NCBI GenBank assembly: GCA_965203275.1
Contig: OZ241865.1
Span: forward strand, 96,001 to 160,000
Reading direction: 5' to 3'
Source: Bdellovibrionales bacterium
GTDB taxonomy: Bacteria > Bdellovibrionota > Bdellovibrionia > Bdellovibrionales > JAUICD01
Length of the DNA stretch: 64,000 bases
The position numbers and the translations under genes are program-made. Below, piece by piece: positions 43,464 through 53,602 of this stretch (its first letter is position 1; each line of letters starts with the position of its first letter). The notes beneath the pieces were generated by a model. The model was not told where the DNA came from and searched no databases. It saw only the letters and a program-made list of their open reading frames with translations.

Positions 43464-44590
43464 CATCCGGGATCTGGGATTTGGGATCTGGGATCCGGCA
43501 TCTGGTCAGAAGGAACTTCCCTAACCCCACCCCCCGCCCTTCGATTCTGCTTTTATATTTGTATGTTTTTTATGAGTGGAATGCGAAGGCAGGCTTCCGA
43601 AGTCCTCATTTTTTTTCACTCAAAATAAATCATACCTCTGGCATGTTTTCTGGCAGTTAGCCCGACGGCTACCGCCGTCGATCAAAGGCTAACTGCCTAG
43701 AAAATCCATTTATTTTGAGTAGAGGAGGATCCTTTTATTCCTCTACACCATGTTAGGGAAACAAGATATGCTTCTAAAACTTTTAGTGAGCCAACACTTC
43801 CAGTCTCCCACTGCCCCATCCTCCACCTAATTATTTTTTGTTTGAGAGTTACGCAGAATCTAAAAGAAAATAAAAAAAACAAAAAAGGAACATCTTGTTT
43901 CCTTAAAATTTCACTCAAAATAAATCATGCCTCTGGCATGTTTTCTGGCAGTTAGCCCGACGGCTACCGCCGTCGATCAAAGGCTAACTACCTAGAAAAT
44001 TCATTTATTTTGAGTAGGGCGGATCTCCTTGCTTCTGACACCATGTTAAGGAAACAAGATATGCTTCTAAAATGTCTTTGGAAAGCAAGCGGATTGCGAT
44101 AAAGGAAATTTTTCCTTAACATCATGTTAAGAAACGAAGAGATCCTTTCTACTAAAAATAAACGGATTTTTGAGGCATTGCTCTTTTAATATAATTTTGA
44201 AAGCATTTTGTTTCCTTAACATGATGTTAAAAGAGGAAAGGATCCTCCTACTAAAAGTGGTCAGGCTTTCTAGGCGATGACCATTTTGCCAATGGGAAAT
44301 AAACATCTTGTTTCCTTAACATCGTGTAAAGAGACAAGAGGATTCTTCCTACTAAAAATAAACGGATTTTTGAGGCAATCAGCCTTTGATCGACGGCGAC
44401 AGCCGTCGGGCTGATTGCCCAAAAACAGCCAGAGGCTGGTTTATTTTTAGTGAGACAAACGCGGTCATTGTCCAAAAGTAGCCAGAGGCTAGTTTACTTT
44501 TAGTGAACCAGAGGTGTGGCTCATTTTGAGTGAAACAGAGGTCAGTTCACTTTGAGTGAACCAGAGGTCAGTTCACTTTGAGTGAAAACG
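43464..44590. repeat. Structured element cluster (G4 composite, head-to-head dimer, nested halves, stacked 3' ends)
   Basis: Minus cores 43612-43762 and 43909-44055; plus core 44310-44455; stacked ends 44463-44588. Confidence 0.9.
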
Positions 44591-45362
44591 ATTGGCGAAT
44601 TTTTTTGATTTCTGCTTCTGATAGGCCAGTGATTTCACAGATATCTTGTAATTTTGCATTTCTCTCAATTAGTTTAAGTGCAATCTCTTTTTGTTTCTTC
44701 TCAATACCTTTCTTAAAACCCTTCTCAATACCTTCTTCACGACCCTTCTCAATACCTTCTTCACGACCCTTCTCAATACCCTTCTCAATACCTTTCTCAA
44801 TACCTTTCTCAATACCTTTCTCAAGACCCTTCTTAAAACCCTTCTCAAGACCTTCCTCACGCCCCTCGTCACGAACAAATTCTTCTCTGTCTACTTGATC
44901 CCTCCTTGCTCTCTCTTTCACCATATCAAGCTCTTGTAATGTCTCATCTTTTGATAATACCCATAAATGCTCAGCTGCTTCTGCCATGATTCCTCCTTTA
45001 TCTTTGAAATATAAATATTCCTTTTGGTCCATCTGACCTGACCTCTTTAAAAAATAACACCAATTCTCTTTTATGTCAATTAATTCTCCTAATTGGGACT
45101 GAAATTTATCTAATTCTACTATCACAAAACTCATACCCCGCGACATCACTACTTCTGGATGCCCTATCCGACGAATATTGCAAACATGGTAATAGTCCTT
45201 TATTCCTTCAAATTCTTTTAAATTTACAGTTGTGAAAACCAATGAATACACGGGAAGTAACTTATCAATATTCTCCCCTTTCCTAATTTGACCTGAATAG
45301 AGCCGAGATAGATACATCAGTAACCTATCCGTAAAATGCTTTTGAGCTGTCGTTTGTTTCAC
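44568..45362 (-). pseudogene. 5'-truncated rpn copy that keeps an intact RpnS frame (44568..44987)
   Basis: Near-identical to 23010..24035 from QTTAQKHF onward; N-terminal ~90 codons, including the LD and E of EVQ, are replaced by an element end; AAGGAGG RBS for RpnS is intact. Confidence 0.85.
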
Positions 45363-46092
45363 TCAAAATGAACTGGCCTCTGGCCACTTTTGGGTAGCCA
45401 GCCCGACGGCTACCGCCGTCGTAAAAGGCTGGCTACCTCAAAAGCTTGTTCATTTTGAGTAGAGGAGGATCCTTTTATTCCTCTACACCATGTTAGGGAA
45501 AATTTCTTTTATTACCTCAAGAGCAAGCGAGTTACAATAAAGGAACTTTTTCCTTAACATCATGTCAAAAAACGAAGATATCCTTCCCTACTAAAAGTGG
45601 TCAGGCTTTCTAGGTTGCCAGCATTTGAGAAGGCGAAAGCCTTCGGCTGGCAACCAGAAAGTGACCAGAGGTCAGACCACTTTTAGTGAAAAAAACTATG
45701 TAAAGTTTACAAAGTACCCTATAACCTTTACAATGTGGGTTGTTTTCGTTTGCAATCTGTTGCAATCTATGCATAATAAGGCAAGAAAGGATTCATTCCG
45801 GGATCCGGGATCCGGCAATCGGGCAAGCCGGCATCAGAAGGAAATCTTTTTCCTTAACATAGTGTTCATTCCGGGATCCGGGATCTGGCAATCCGGGAGC
45901 CGGCATCAGAAGGAAATCTTTTTCCTTAACATGGTGTTAAGAAATGAGGACATCCTCCTTCCTAAAATTGAACAGGCTTTTGAGGCAGTTAGCCTTTGAT
46001 CGACGGCGGTAGCCGTCGGGCTAACTGCCCAAAAGTAGCCAGAGGCTAGTTCAATTTTAGGGAAACAGAGGCTGGTTTATTTTTAGTGAAAC
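45356..46092. repeat. Head-to-head element dimer plus a further core and GGGATCC modules
   Basis: GTTTCACT 45356 to AGTGAAA ~45691; core 45961-46061; heptamer runs 45795-45836 and 45868-45908. Confidence 0.9.
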
Positions 46093-46242
46093 AAACTATG
46101 TAAAATTTACAAAGTACTATATAACCTTTACAATGTGGATTGTTTTCGTTTGCAATCGTTTGTAATCTGTGCATAATAAGGCAAAAGGTATTACATTGAA
46201 GATTTTTTAATGATTAAAAGACTTAAAGAAAGGAGAAAAATT

Positions 46243-47160
46243 ATGAAACCATTAAGCATTATAATAATAACTATAATAACTTTATTTTTCAGTTCAACGG
46301 CTGTTTTAGCTCAAACAACTAACCTTTGTGATTCTGATTGGTATAGTTCTGCCAGTAGCAACGATGTATCAAATGCTATCAGAAGTGGCTCTAACGTCAA
46401 TCAATCTTGCTCAAGTGGGTCGTCGCCTCTACTACTTGCCTTAGATTATGGCAGAGCCGATGTGGTCCTGGCGTTGATACGGGCAGGTGCTAATTTAGAT
46501 CATCAAGACCCTTACACTCAAAAAACACCCAATCAAGTGATCACCGACCAATGTGATAGGGGCCGGATCGATCGTAGTGTGTGCAATGAAGTTAGACGTG
46601 GATTTGAGGCAAGAGCCGAAGCTCATAATAACCTGTGTAACCCGCGTTGGTGGCAGTCGTTCTATCGGCAGAGTCAAGCTCAAGCCACAAGTCGTATGCA
46701 AGCTGTGATGCGTACACCAGGTTTAGATGTTAATTATGATTGTGGTAGAGGTGATCGCCCTTTACATATTGCCCTACAAGATTCCCTAACTCCACTAACA
46801 ATAGGAGCTGCCTGGGCTATAGGAACTTTTATGCAGGAAGCTAACAATTTAGATCATTTTGTAAGGAATGGATCTGGCAGATCCATTATGGAGCTTGCAG
46901 AAGTTAGATATGACCATCAAATCAGAGGTAATTATGTTAATCTTTTAAAGAAATTTTGTAACAATCAAATAACAGAACAAGAATATAATCAACAAGCTAA
47001 TCAAATTTATGACCAAGAAGTAAGCGTATATATATATATAAAAGGATATGGAAGTGATCAAGCGTATCAAGAAGCTAGAGCTAATTTTAATCAAGAAATT
47101 TTTGGTACAACTCAAACTGGTGGAAAAAACAGAGAGCAACTCTGTTTAAAATATAGGTAA
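46243..47160 (+). CDS. Secreted Cys-containing ankyrin-like protein
   Basis: AAGGAG RBS, signal peptide (AVLA-Q), SPLLLAL..GRADVVLALIRAGANLD, RPLHIAL, duplicated NLC...W motif. Confidence 0.75.
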   Translation: MKPLSIIIITIITLFFSSTAVLAQTTNLCDSDWYSSASSNDVSNAIRSGSNVNQSCSSGSSPLLLALDYGRADVVLALIRAGANLDHQDPYTQKTPNQVITDQCDRGRIDRSVCNEVRRGFEARAEAHNNLCNPRWWQSFYRQSQAQATSRMQAVMRTPGLDVNYDCGRGDRPLHIALQDSLTPLTIGAAWAIGTFMQEANNLDHFVRNGSGRSIMELAEVRYDHQIRGNYVNLLKKFCNNQITEQEYNQQANQIYDQEVSVYIYIKGYGSDQAYQEARANFNQEIFGTTQTGGKNREQLCLKYR

Positions 47161-47326
47161 AATAATTTTATAGTTGAGCATATTAATTATCTAAAATATT
47201 GACAGTTTGATAAAAAGTAGACACTGAAAAGCAAATAAATGCCTTAAAACTTGGCATCCCCCTTGCAGGTTTTAAAGTAGGTGAGGTTTTATTTCATGTA
47301 CTTTCAAATCAAAGGGGGATTGATTT

Positions 47327-48997
47327 GTGATCAATAAAAAGTATTTCTTAAGAACTCTATTTTGTCATACTAGTTTAATTATTTATATTGGCCTTATATT
47401 TGTCTTTATTCCTACTTTAAGCTTAGCACAAGGAGCAGAAACTCAATCTGTAAGTAGACCATTTGGCAATTTAGGTGATATGTCCTTTGAAGATAGACCT
47501 ATAATCCCTTATGATCAACAAGGCCGTGTGACAACTCCCACTATAAGCCCTCGGCATACTGAAGCAATAGAACATGCAAGAAACAACCCCGCAACGGATA
47601 CTGCAACAAAAAGTGGTAATAGATTTGGTATATATTCAATGGCTTGCACCACTATTCAAAGCACAGTCCTAAATTTAGCATGCAATCAGAAGGCTTATAA
47701 AGATGCTACCAAACCCGTTACAGATCGCTTTGAACAGATGATGGCCAATAATAGCAATGGCAGTCAGAAGGACCAATGTCAATTGACACAACAGATGAAT
47801 GAAGTAACTAAAAAAATCAATCAATCCATCACAGGCAAATGCCATACGGCCATTCTCTCATGCAAAGCTACTTGTGGTATGGCCCTTAAAAATGCAAAAG
47901 TAGCCCACGCTGCTGCTATTGAACCTACGGCCAAAGCTATGTTCTGGGCAGAGATGACCGCTATTAGCAAGAGTATGGCAAGCTGTGCTAGCAAATGGGC
48001 CAGTGTTAAGAAAACCAGCGATCTTCAGATAGCTCGTAATACAGATGCCATTAAGCAAGCTAAAGACTGCGTAGATGGTTTGGGTGGATCCGGTGAGTTG
48101 AGCGATTCTTCTAATTGCGATCAACTTCCGCTAGCTAAAAAAAACCTCTGTCAACAACTAGGTGAGGTGGCCTTTTGCAAACAACATCCAAAGATAGATT
48201 TTTGCCATAGTGTAGATAGCCTCTTTGCCGGCAAGACAGATACCCCCGGTCCTGGTCATACGAATGCCAATGCCATCGACTCAAATCCCCTAAAACAAAG
48301 GCTTCCCAGGGGGGGGGGGGACAAACGTCCAGGAGATCAATCGCAACAAGACTTAGCCACGTCTGAGATATGTCAACAAGATCCAGATAGTCCGGAGTGT
48401 AAGAGAGATGAGTGTAATTCTTTACCAACTTCAGATACTCGTAGTTTATGCCATGCAGAGGGTATAGAAGAGACTTGCAAATATGTCCCTCAATTACCTC
48501 GATGTAAAAAAAGAGCAACCGATTTAGCTAAGAATAAGGTCGACCCTTTAAGTGGTCATACAAGTTTAGGGTTAAAAGGTGGTTTTGCTGGTGGTGGAAG
48601 TGCTGGTAGTTCTGCTGGTGGAGGTTCTGGCAGTGGAGGAGGCTCTGGCAGTGGTGGCTTAGGTGGCAGTGACTTTGCAAGTGGAGATGGTGCAGAAGGA
48701 TTAAAGCCACTGGCAGGATCATCTGTGATAAAGGTGGATAAGGATGGGAATGTCCATGCTCTTGTGAATGGTCGATATACAAATTTAGGTAGTGGCAGGC
48801 GAGCAAGGAATCTCCACAAAAAAATATCAGGTTTAAGTTATAGTGATTATCTATTGAGGAAGCCTCAAAAGCGAGGACCTGCAAGTATCCAACAAGCTAA
48901 AAGCGAAGATGTAACACCTGCAAATGGTTTAACCAACTTCCAAAAAGTCTCCCGCACCATAAAGCTGTTGTTTCCTACATTGGTTTACTCAAAGTAA
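47327..48997 (+). CDS. Secreted Cys-rich, Gly-rich Bdellovibrio-type protein
   Basis: Signal peptide, many paired Cys, Gly/Ser linker, RGPAS motif, internal G12 tract. Confidence 0.75.
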   Translation: MINKKYFLRTLFCHTSLIIYIGLIFVFIPTLSLAQGAETQSVSRPFGNLGDMSFEDRPIIPYDQQGRVTTPTISPRHTEAIEHARNNPATDTATKSGNRFGIYSMACTTIQSTVLNLACNQKAYKDATKPVTDRFEQMMANNSNGSQKDQCQLTQQMNEVTKKINQSITGKCHTAILSCKATCGMALKNAKVAHAAAIEPTAKAMFWAEMTAISKSMASCASKWASVKKTSDLQIARNTDAIKQAKDCVDGLGGSGELSDSSNCDQLPLAKKNLCQQLGEVAFCKQHPKIDFCHSVDSLFAGKTDTPGPGHTNANAIDSNPLKQRLPRGGGDKRPGDQSQQDLATSEICQQDPDSPECKRDECNSLPTSDTRSLCHAEGIEETCKYVPQLPRCKKRATDLAKNKVDPLSGHTSLGLKGGFAGGGSAGSSAGGGSGSGGGSGSGGLGGSDFASGDGAEGLKPLAGSSVIKVDKDGNVHALVNGRYTNLGSGRRARNLHKKISGLSYSDYLLRKPQKRGPASIQQAKSEDVTPANGLTNFQKVSRTIKLLFPTLVYSK

Positions 48998-49972
48998 TCC
49001 GGATTCGGCATCCGGGATCCGGGATCTGGGATCCGGCAGAACTTTTTCCTTAACATCGTATTAAAAAATGAGGACATTCTCCCTACTAAAAGTAAACGGA
49101 CTTTTGAGGCATTGCTCTTTTTAGACAGCGTGAGCTGTCAGAGCAATGTCCAAAAACACACCAGAGGTTGGTTTACTTTTAGTGAACCAACTCCTTAACA
49201 TGGTGTTAAATGAGAAATGGATCCTCATTACTAAAAGTGGTCAGGCTTTCTAGGTTGCCAGCATTTGAGAAGGCGGTAGCCTTCGGCTGGCAACCAGAAA
49301 GTGACCAGAGGTCAGACCACTTTTAGTGAAACAAACTCCTGTAGCCTGCCTTCGCATCCCACTCATAATATTTATATTTAATATTTATATTTTTTGAAAA
49401 TTACGCAGAATCTAAAAAAGAATAAAAAAAATAAAAAAACGAAACTCTTTTTCCCTAACATCGTGTTAAAAAACGAAGAGATCCTCTCTACTAAAAGTGG
49501 TAAAGCTTTCTAGGTTGCCATTGGTGATGAAGGAATTTTTTCCTTAACATCATGTTAAAAGACGAAGAGATCCTTCCCTACTAAAAGTAAACGGACTTTT
49601 GAGACAATGACCATTTTGCCAATGGCGAAATATCAAAGTGAAATAAACATCTTGTTTCCTTAACATTGTGTTAAGAAATGAGGAGATCCTTCCCTACTAA
49701 AAGTAAACGGACTTTTGAGACAATGACCATTTTGCCAATGGCGAAATATCAAAGTGAAATAAACATCTTGTTTCCTTAACATTGTGTTAAGAAATGAGGA
49801 GATCCTTCCCTACTAAAAGTAAACGGACTTTTGAGACAATGACCATTTTGCCAATGGCGAAAGCCATTGCGGTCATTGTCCAAAAGTAGCCAGAGGCTAG
49901 TTTACTTTTAGTGAACCAGAGGTGTGGCTCATTTTGAGTGAAACAGAGGTCAGACCACTTTTAGTGAAACAA
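48998..49972 (+). repeat. Structured element cluster with a 3x116-bp tandem repeat
   Basis: GATCCTTCCCTACT at 49569, 49685 and 49801; full cores at 49042-49188, 49193-49332 and 49770-49916. Confidence 0.9.
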
Positions 49973-49973
49973 C

Positions 49974-50819
49974 TCACTTTTGACTAATATGTCTTAAAGC
50001 TTCTGTTAATGAGGTTTTTTTATTTGTTTTTTCTGATCTCTGGCCAATAATTAAAGCACAAGGAATGTGATAAATCCCTCCAGGGAATTTTTTAGGCCGG
50101 ACTCCAGGTATGACAATAGCATTCTGGGGGACTCGTCCTTTAAAAACTTGAGGCTCTGAAGTAGTTACATCTATAATAGGAGTGCTTGCCGTGATCACAA
50201 CACCCGCACCTAAAACAGCACCCTCCTCCACAAGAACACCTTCTACAATCACACACCGACTGCCTACAAAGACTTGATCCTCTATGATCACAGGTTTTGC
50301 TTGTAAAGGTTCTAATACACCTCCAATACCAACACCACCAGATAAATGGACATTTTTACCAATATAAGCACAACTGCCTACAGTCGCCCATGTATCTACC
50401 ATGGTTGATGAGCCTACAAAAGCTCCTATATTTACAAAACTAGGCATTAACACCACAGAAGGTGCAATATAAGAACCCTTACGAATTGTAGCAGGAGGAA
50501 CGACTCGAATGCCATTTTCTGGTTGTTGATCACTCCAATCCTGCAAGAAGACTTTATCACGATAGGTTAAATCAGAGCCTTTACAGAAAGTCTTTATAGG
50601 AGATATTTGCAAATAAAGCAAAATAGCCTTTTTGAGCCATTGATGAACAATCCACTGGCCTGAAATTTTCTGACAGACTCTCCAGTGTCCTGATTCTAAA
50701 CCATCAAAAACATCCTTTATTACAGATACAAGATCACAATGGTGTTCTTTACAGAAAGCTTTATCATCAAATGCTCGCTCTATAAGCTCTTTTATTTCTT
50801 TCTCATTATTGCTGACCAT
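49974..50819 (-). CDS. dapD: Tetrahydrodipicolinate N-succinyltransferase
   Basis: WLKKAILL, RVVPPA, MVDTWATVGSCA.IGKNVHLSGGVGIGGVLEP. Confidence 0.96.
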   Translation of the reverse strand: MVSNNEKEIKELIERAFDDKAFCKEHHCDLVSVIKDVFDGLESGHWRVCQKISGQWIVHQWLKKAILLYLQISPIKTFCKGSDLTYRDKVFLQDWSDQQPENGIRVVPPATIRKGSYIAPSVVLMPSFVNIGAFVGSSTMVDTWATVGSCAYIGKNVHLSGGVGIGGVLEPLQAKPVIIEDQVFVGSRCVIVEGVLVEEGAVLGAGVVITASTPIIDVTTSEPQVFKGRVPQNAIVIPGVRPKKFPGGIYHIPCALIIGQRSEKTNKKTSLTEALRHISQK

Positions 50820-51228
50820 ACACAATACTCCTTTTTGTGTTTTCATCACCTGTTAAACAGATGCATTTTTGAAACTCATTGTCTGTCTGCTTGTATGTCA
50901 GACTTTTGTTATATTGTATACAATATATAATTAAAATTTTGTTTATTTTTTAAACACCTATTTTTAGAACATTTCTTAAATTTTAGCAAAGTTTTTATTT
51001 TCACACCGATATATTATGACATTATGCCTAAAAAATTTTTAGACAAAATACCAAAAATAAAGTGTGTTTGATAGTAAGTGTTTTAACTTGAAACACTTAT
51101 ACCCAAAAGTCACTCAAAAGTGTTTAAAAATTAGACTTTTCATACTTAAAATTCAAAAAATAAATACATTATTTTGAAAAAAATATTTAAGTTATATGCG
51201 AAGGAAAACGATATATTTTATAGAATGA

Positions 51229-51747
51229 ATGTTGGAGGTTGCATTGAATATTTCACATTTACATCAAGAAAAACTTATTGAAAAAATCACTCATTTTGTA
51301 AAGAAGTCTTCTGGTTTAACCACAAATGCATCTAATGAATTTTCTATACAAATTCAACAGCTTGCAGATGGTAAATCATTGCCTATTCATATTTATAATT
51401 TACATAATGTTATTTTAAGAAAAGACTCTCAAAACAGAAATTTCATACAGGTTGACTTTGTCAATGGGTATAAAATTTTAATCACGCAACTATTGATTGG
51501 CTTTAAGCCTTATCCTATTGACAATTTAGATATGAAAGAAGTCCCTAATGTTGTCACTACCCCTGACTTACATAAAGTTTTTCAAACATTAGAAGAAGCT
51601 ATAGCATTGGATGAAAACCATATCGAAGTTGAAATTTTAAATAAAATTTTTAGGTCTATACTTAAAGGTGGTCAAAATGTTGGATTTGACCTCAAGAATG
51701 AAAGAGCTTGGTTTCATCGACTGTCTTATTTTACTGCCACTGCTTAG
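51229..51747 (+). CDS. Hypothetical protein
   Basis: 172-aa ORF with LIGFKP and PNVVTTPDL segments; function not recognised. Confidence 0.65.
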   Translation: MLEVALNISHLHQEKLIEKITHFVKKSSGLTTNASNEFSIQIQQLADGKSLPIHIYNLHNVILRKDSQNRNFIQVDFVNGYKILITQLLIGFKPYPIDNLDMKEVPNVVTTPDLHKVFQTLEEAIALDENHIEVEILNKIFRSILKGGQNVGFDLKNERAWFHRLSYFTATA

Positions 51748-51812
51748 AATCACTAATGGTTTTATTAAAATAAAAGATTGATTACATTACATTAAAGAAG
51801 ACTGTCATAAGA

Positions 51813-52895
51813 TTATTCTGTAATAGAAAAATTAAGTGTTTCTGTTCTGCCATTACGTTCTATGTTAATGGCAATATTAGAGTCTGTTTTAAGGCTATTG
51901 TAAAGTTGCATAGCCTTAGCTGGGTCATTGACAGCTTCTCCATTAACAGCTTTAATAAGATCATTTCTTCTAAGGCCTAATTTTTCATAAACGCTTCCAG
52001 GCTGTATATCCACTAAACGGAATCCATTCACAGCTCCTGTGTTAGGGTCCATATTGGGGACAGCCCTTGCTTGTTGTAAGAGGGCTGGTAAATTCTGCAT
52101 ATATTGATTGATCTCAGATCTTTTTAAGGAAAAATTATTACCTTGTTGTCTCACAGAAGATCTACCTGAACGTAAAGGATTAGATGGTCTTTTAGTAGGT
52201 AGAGCAAGTCCTTCGACTTTCATTTCTATGTATTCCAATCGTCCATTTTGAGTGTTTCTAAAAATGGCTTGATGGCGTTCCACTTTGAGGAGCTTAGCTA
52301 AAGAGTCCATATCATCATTAGGGATATATGGAGTCACTTTACCTTGCATTGCAACAGTAGCCACAGAGCGATCAGGGTTGGCGTGAACAATTGTGCCAAC
52401 AAGTTTCATCGGAAGCTGAGAAGGTACAGGATTACTTAAATCTTCATTATTAGGTTGATTTTCACTTGAAAGAGGTGGAGGGATGAGACCTGATGCACTA
52501 AAAATATTTCTATCTGTGATGACATTGTATTCTGCACGAGTAGGTTGTTTGGCTAAAAATGCTCTTTGAGGTGAAATACGCATTGCTGATGAAGCTATAA
52601 ACTTATCTCGAATACTCAATATACCTAAATCAGCAAGTAGCCAGCCTAAGAATAAAGCAAATAGATAGGCATAAGCCCATTCAAAAGGTGGTTTTTTATA
52701 GCCATCTTCTGATTTGTTGACCGATACATAGCGTGATTGATCCACTGTTTTAGAGAGATTGTCTTGATGGGCAGAGGGTGTGGTGGAGATACGTTTTTTC
52801 TTTTTAAAAAACTTAAAGGGAATTTGAAAAAGCTTACCTATTGGTAACATTTTTGGTAATATTTTAATTTTTTTAAGAAACAACATAGCAGACAC
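51813..52895 (-). CDS. gspC: Type II secretion system protein C (PDZ-containing)
   Basis: Transmembrane helix, RNIF, LVGTIV HR domain, QARAVP, GFRL..I.PGS.YEKLGL..ND.I..VNG PDZ. Confidence 0.88.
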   Translation of the reverse strand: MSAMLFLKKIKILPKMLPIGKLFQIPFKFFKKKKRISTTPSAHQDNLSKTVDQSRYVSVNKSEDGYKKPPFEWAYAYLFALFLGWLLADLGILSIRDKFIASSAMRISPQRAFLAKQPTRAEYNVITDRNIFSASGLIPPPLSSENQPNNEDLSNPVPSQLPMKLVGTIVHANPDRSVATVAMQGKVTPYIPNDDMDSLAKLLKVERHQAIFRNTQNGRLEYIEMKVEGLALPTKRPSNPLRSGRSSVRQQGNNFSLKRSEINQYMQNLPALLQQARAVPNMDPNTGAVNGFRLVDIQPGSVYEKLGLRRNDLIKAVNGEAVNDPAKAMQLYNSLKTDSNIAINIERNGRTETLNFSITE

Positions 52896-52964
52896 CTATT
52901 TCTTTAAACTTAAATAATAAAATTGTATATGTTTAGTCTACTTATTTTTTATGAGGCTGTCAAT

Positions 52965-53435
52965 TTGGACCTTTTAATTTGTTTCACTCAAAATAAATCA
53001 TGTCTCTGGCATGTTTTCTGGCAGTTAGCCCGACGACTGTCGTCGTCGATCAAAGGCTAACTGCCTAGAAAATCCATTTATTTTGAGTAAGGGAGGATCT
53101 CATCGTCTCTTGACATGATGTTAGGGAAAAAGTTCTTTCTTACATCTTTTGGCTGTCGCCGTCGATCAAAGGCTGATTGCCTCAAAAGTCCGTTTACTTT
53201 TAGTAGGGAGGATCCCTTCGTCCCTTAACTCCATGTTAAGGAAAATATCCTTTTAATACCAGTTAGCCCGACGGCTGTCGCCGTCGATCAAAGGCTGATT
53301 GCCTCAAAAATCCGTTTATTTTTAGTAGGGGAGGATCCTCTCGTCTCTTGACTACATGTTAAGGAAAAATTCAGTTTTAGGATCTGATGCCTGACTGCCG
53401 GATCCCGGGTTGCCGGATCCTAGATGCCGGATAAA
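52965..53435 (-). repeat. Structured element cluster
   Basis: Full core 52981-53130, two 5' halves, GCCGGATCCCGG module 53380-53432. Confidence 0.9.
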
Positions 53436-53602
53436 GGTCAAATCAAAAAATGAAATGTCAAACTCAGAGGTTATGAAATGACAAATGCATTTTTTGTTTA
53501 AGTTTAAAGATAAATGAGCCGAAGTATATTCTAAAGTTAAATTTAAATAAAAAATCTATTTATTCTAAGGTATTTATGAAAAGAAAGGCATGCTAAACAC
53601 TT

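Noticed and set aside
44500..44590. Stacked 26-nt units as a mini-CRISPR
   Set aside because: The variable parts are P1' arms of the element family, not foreign spacers
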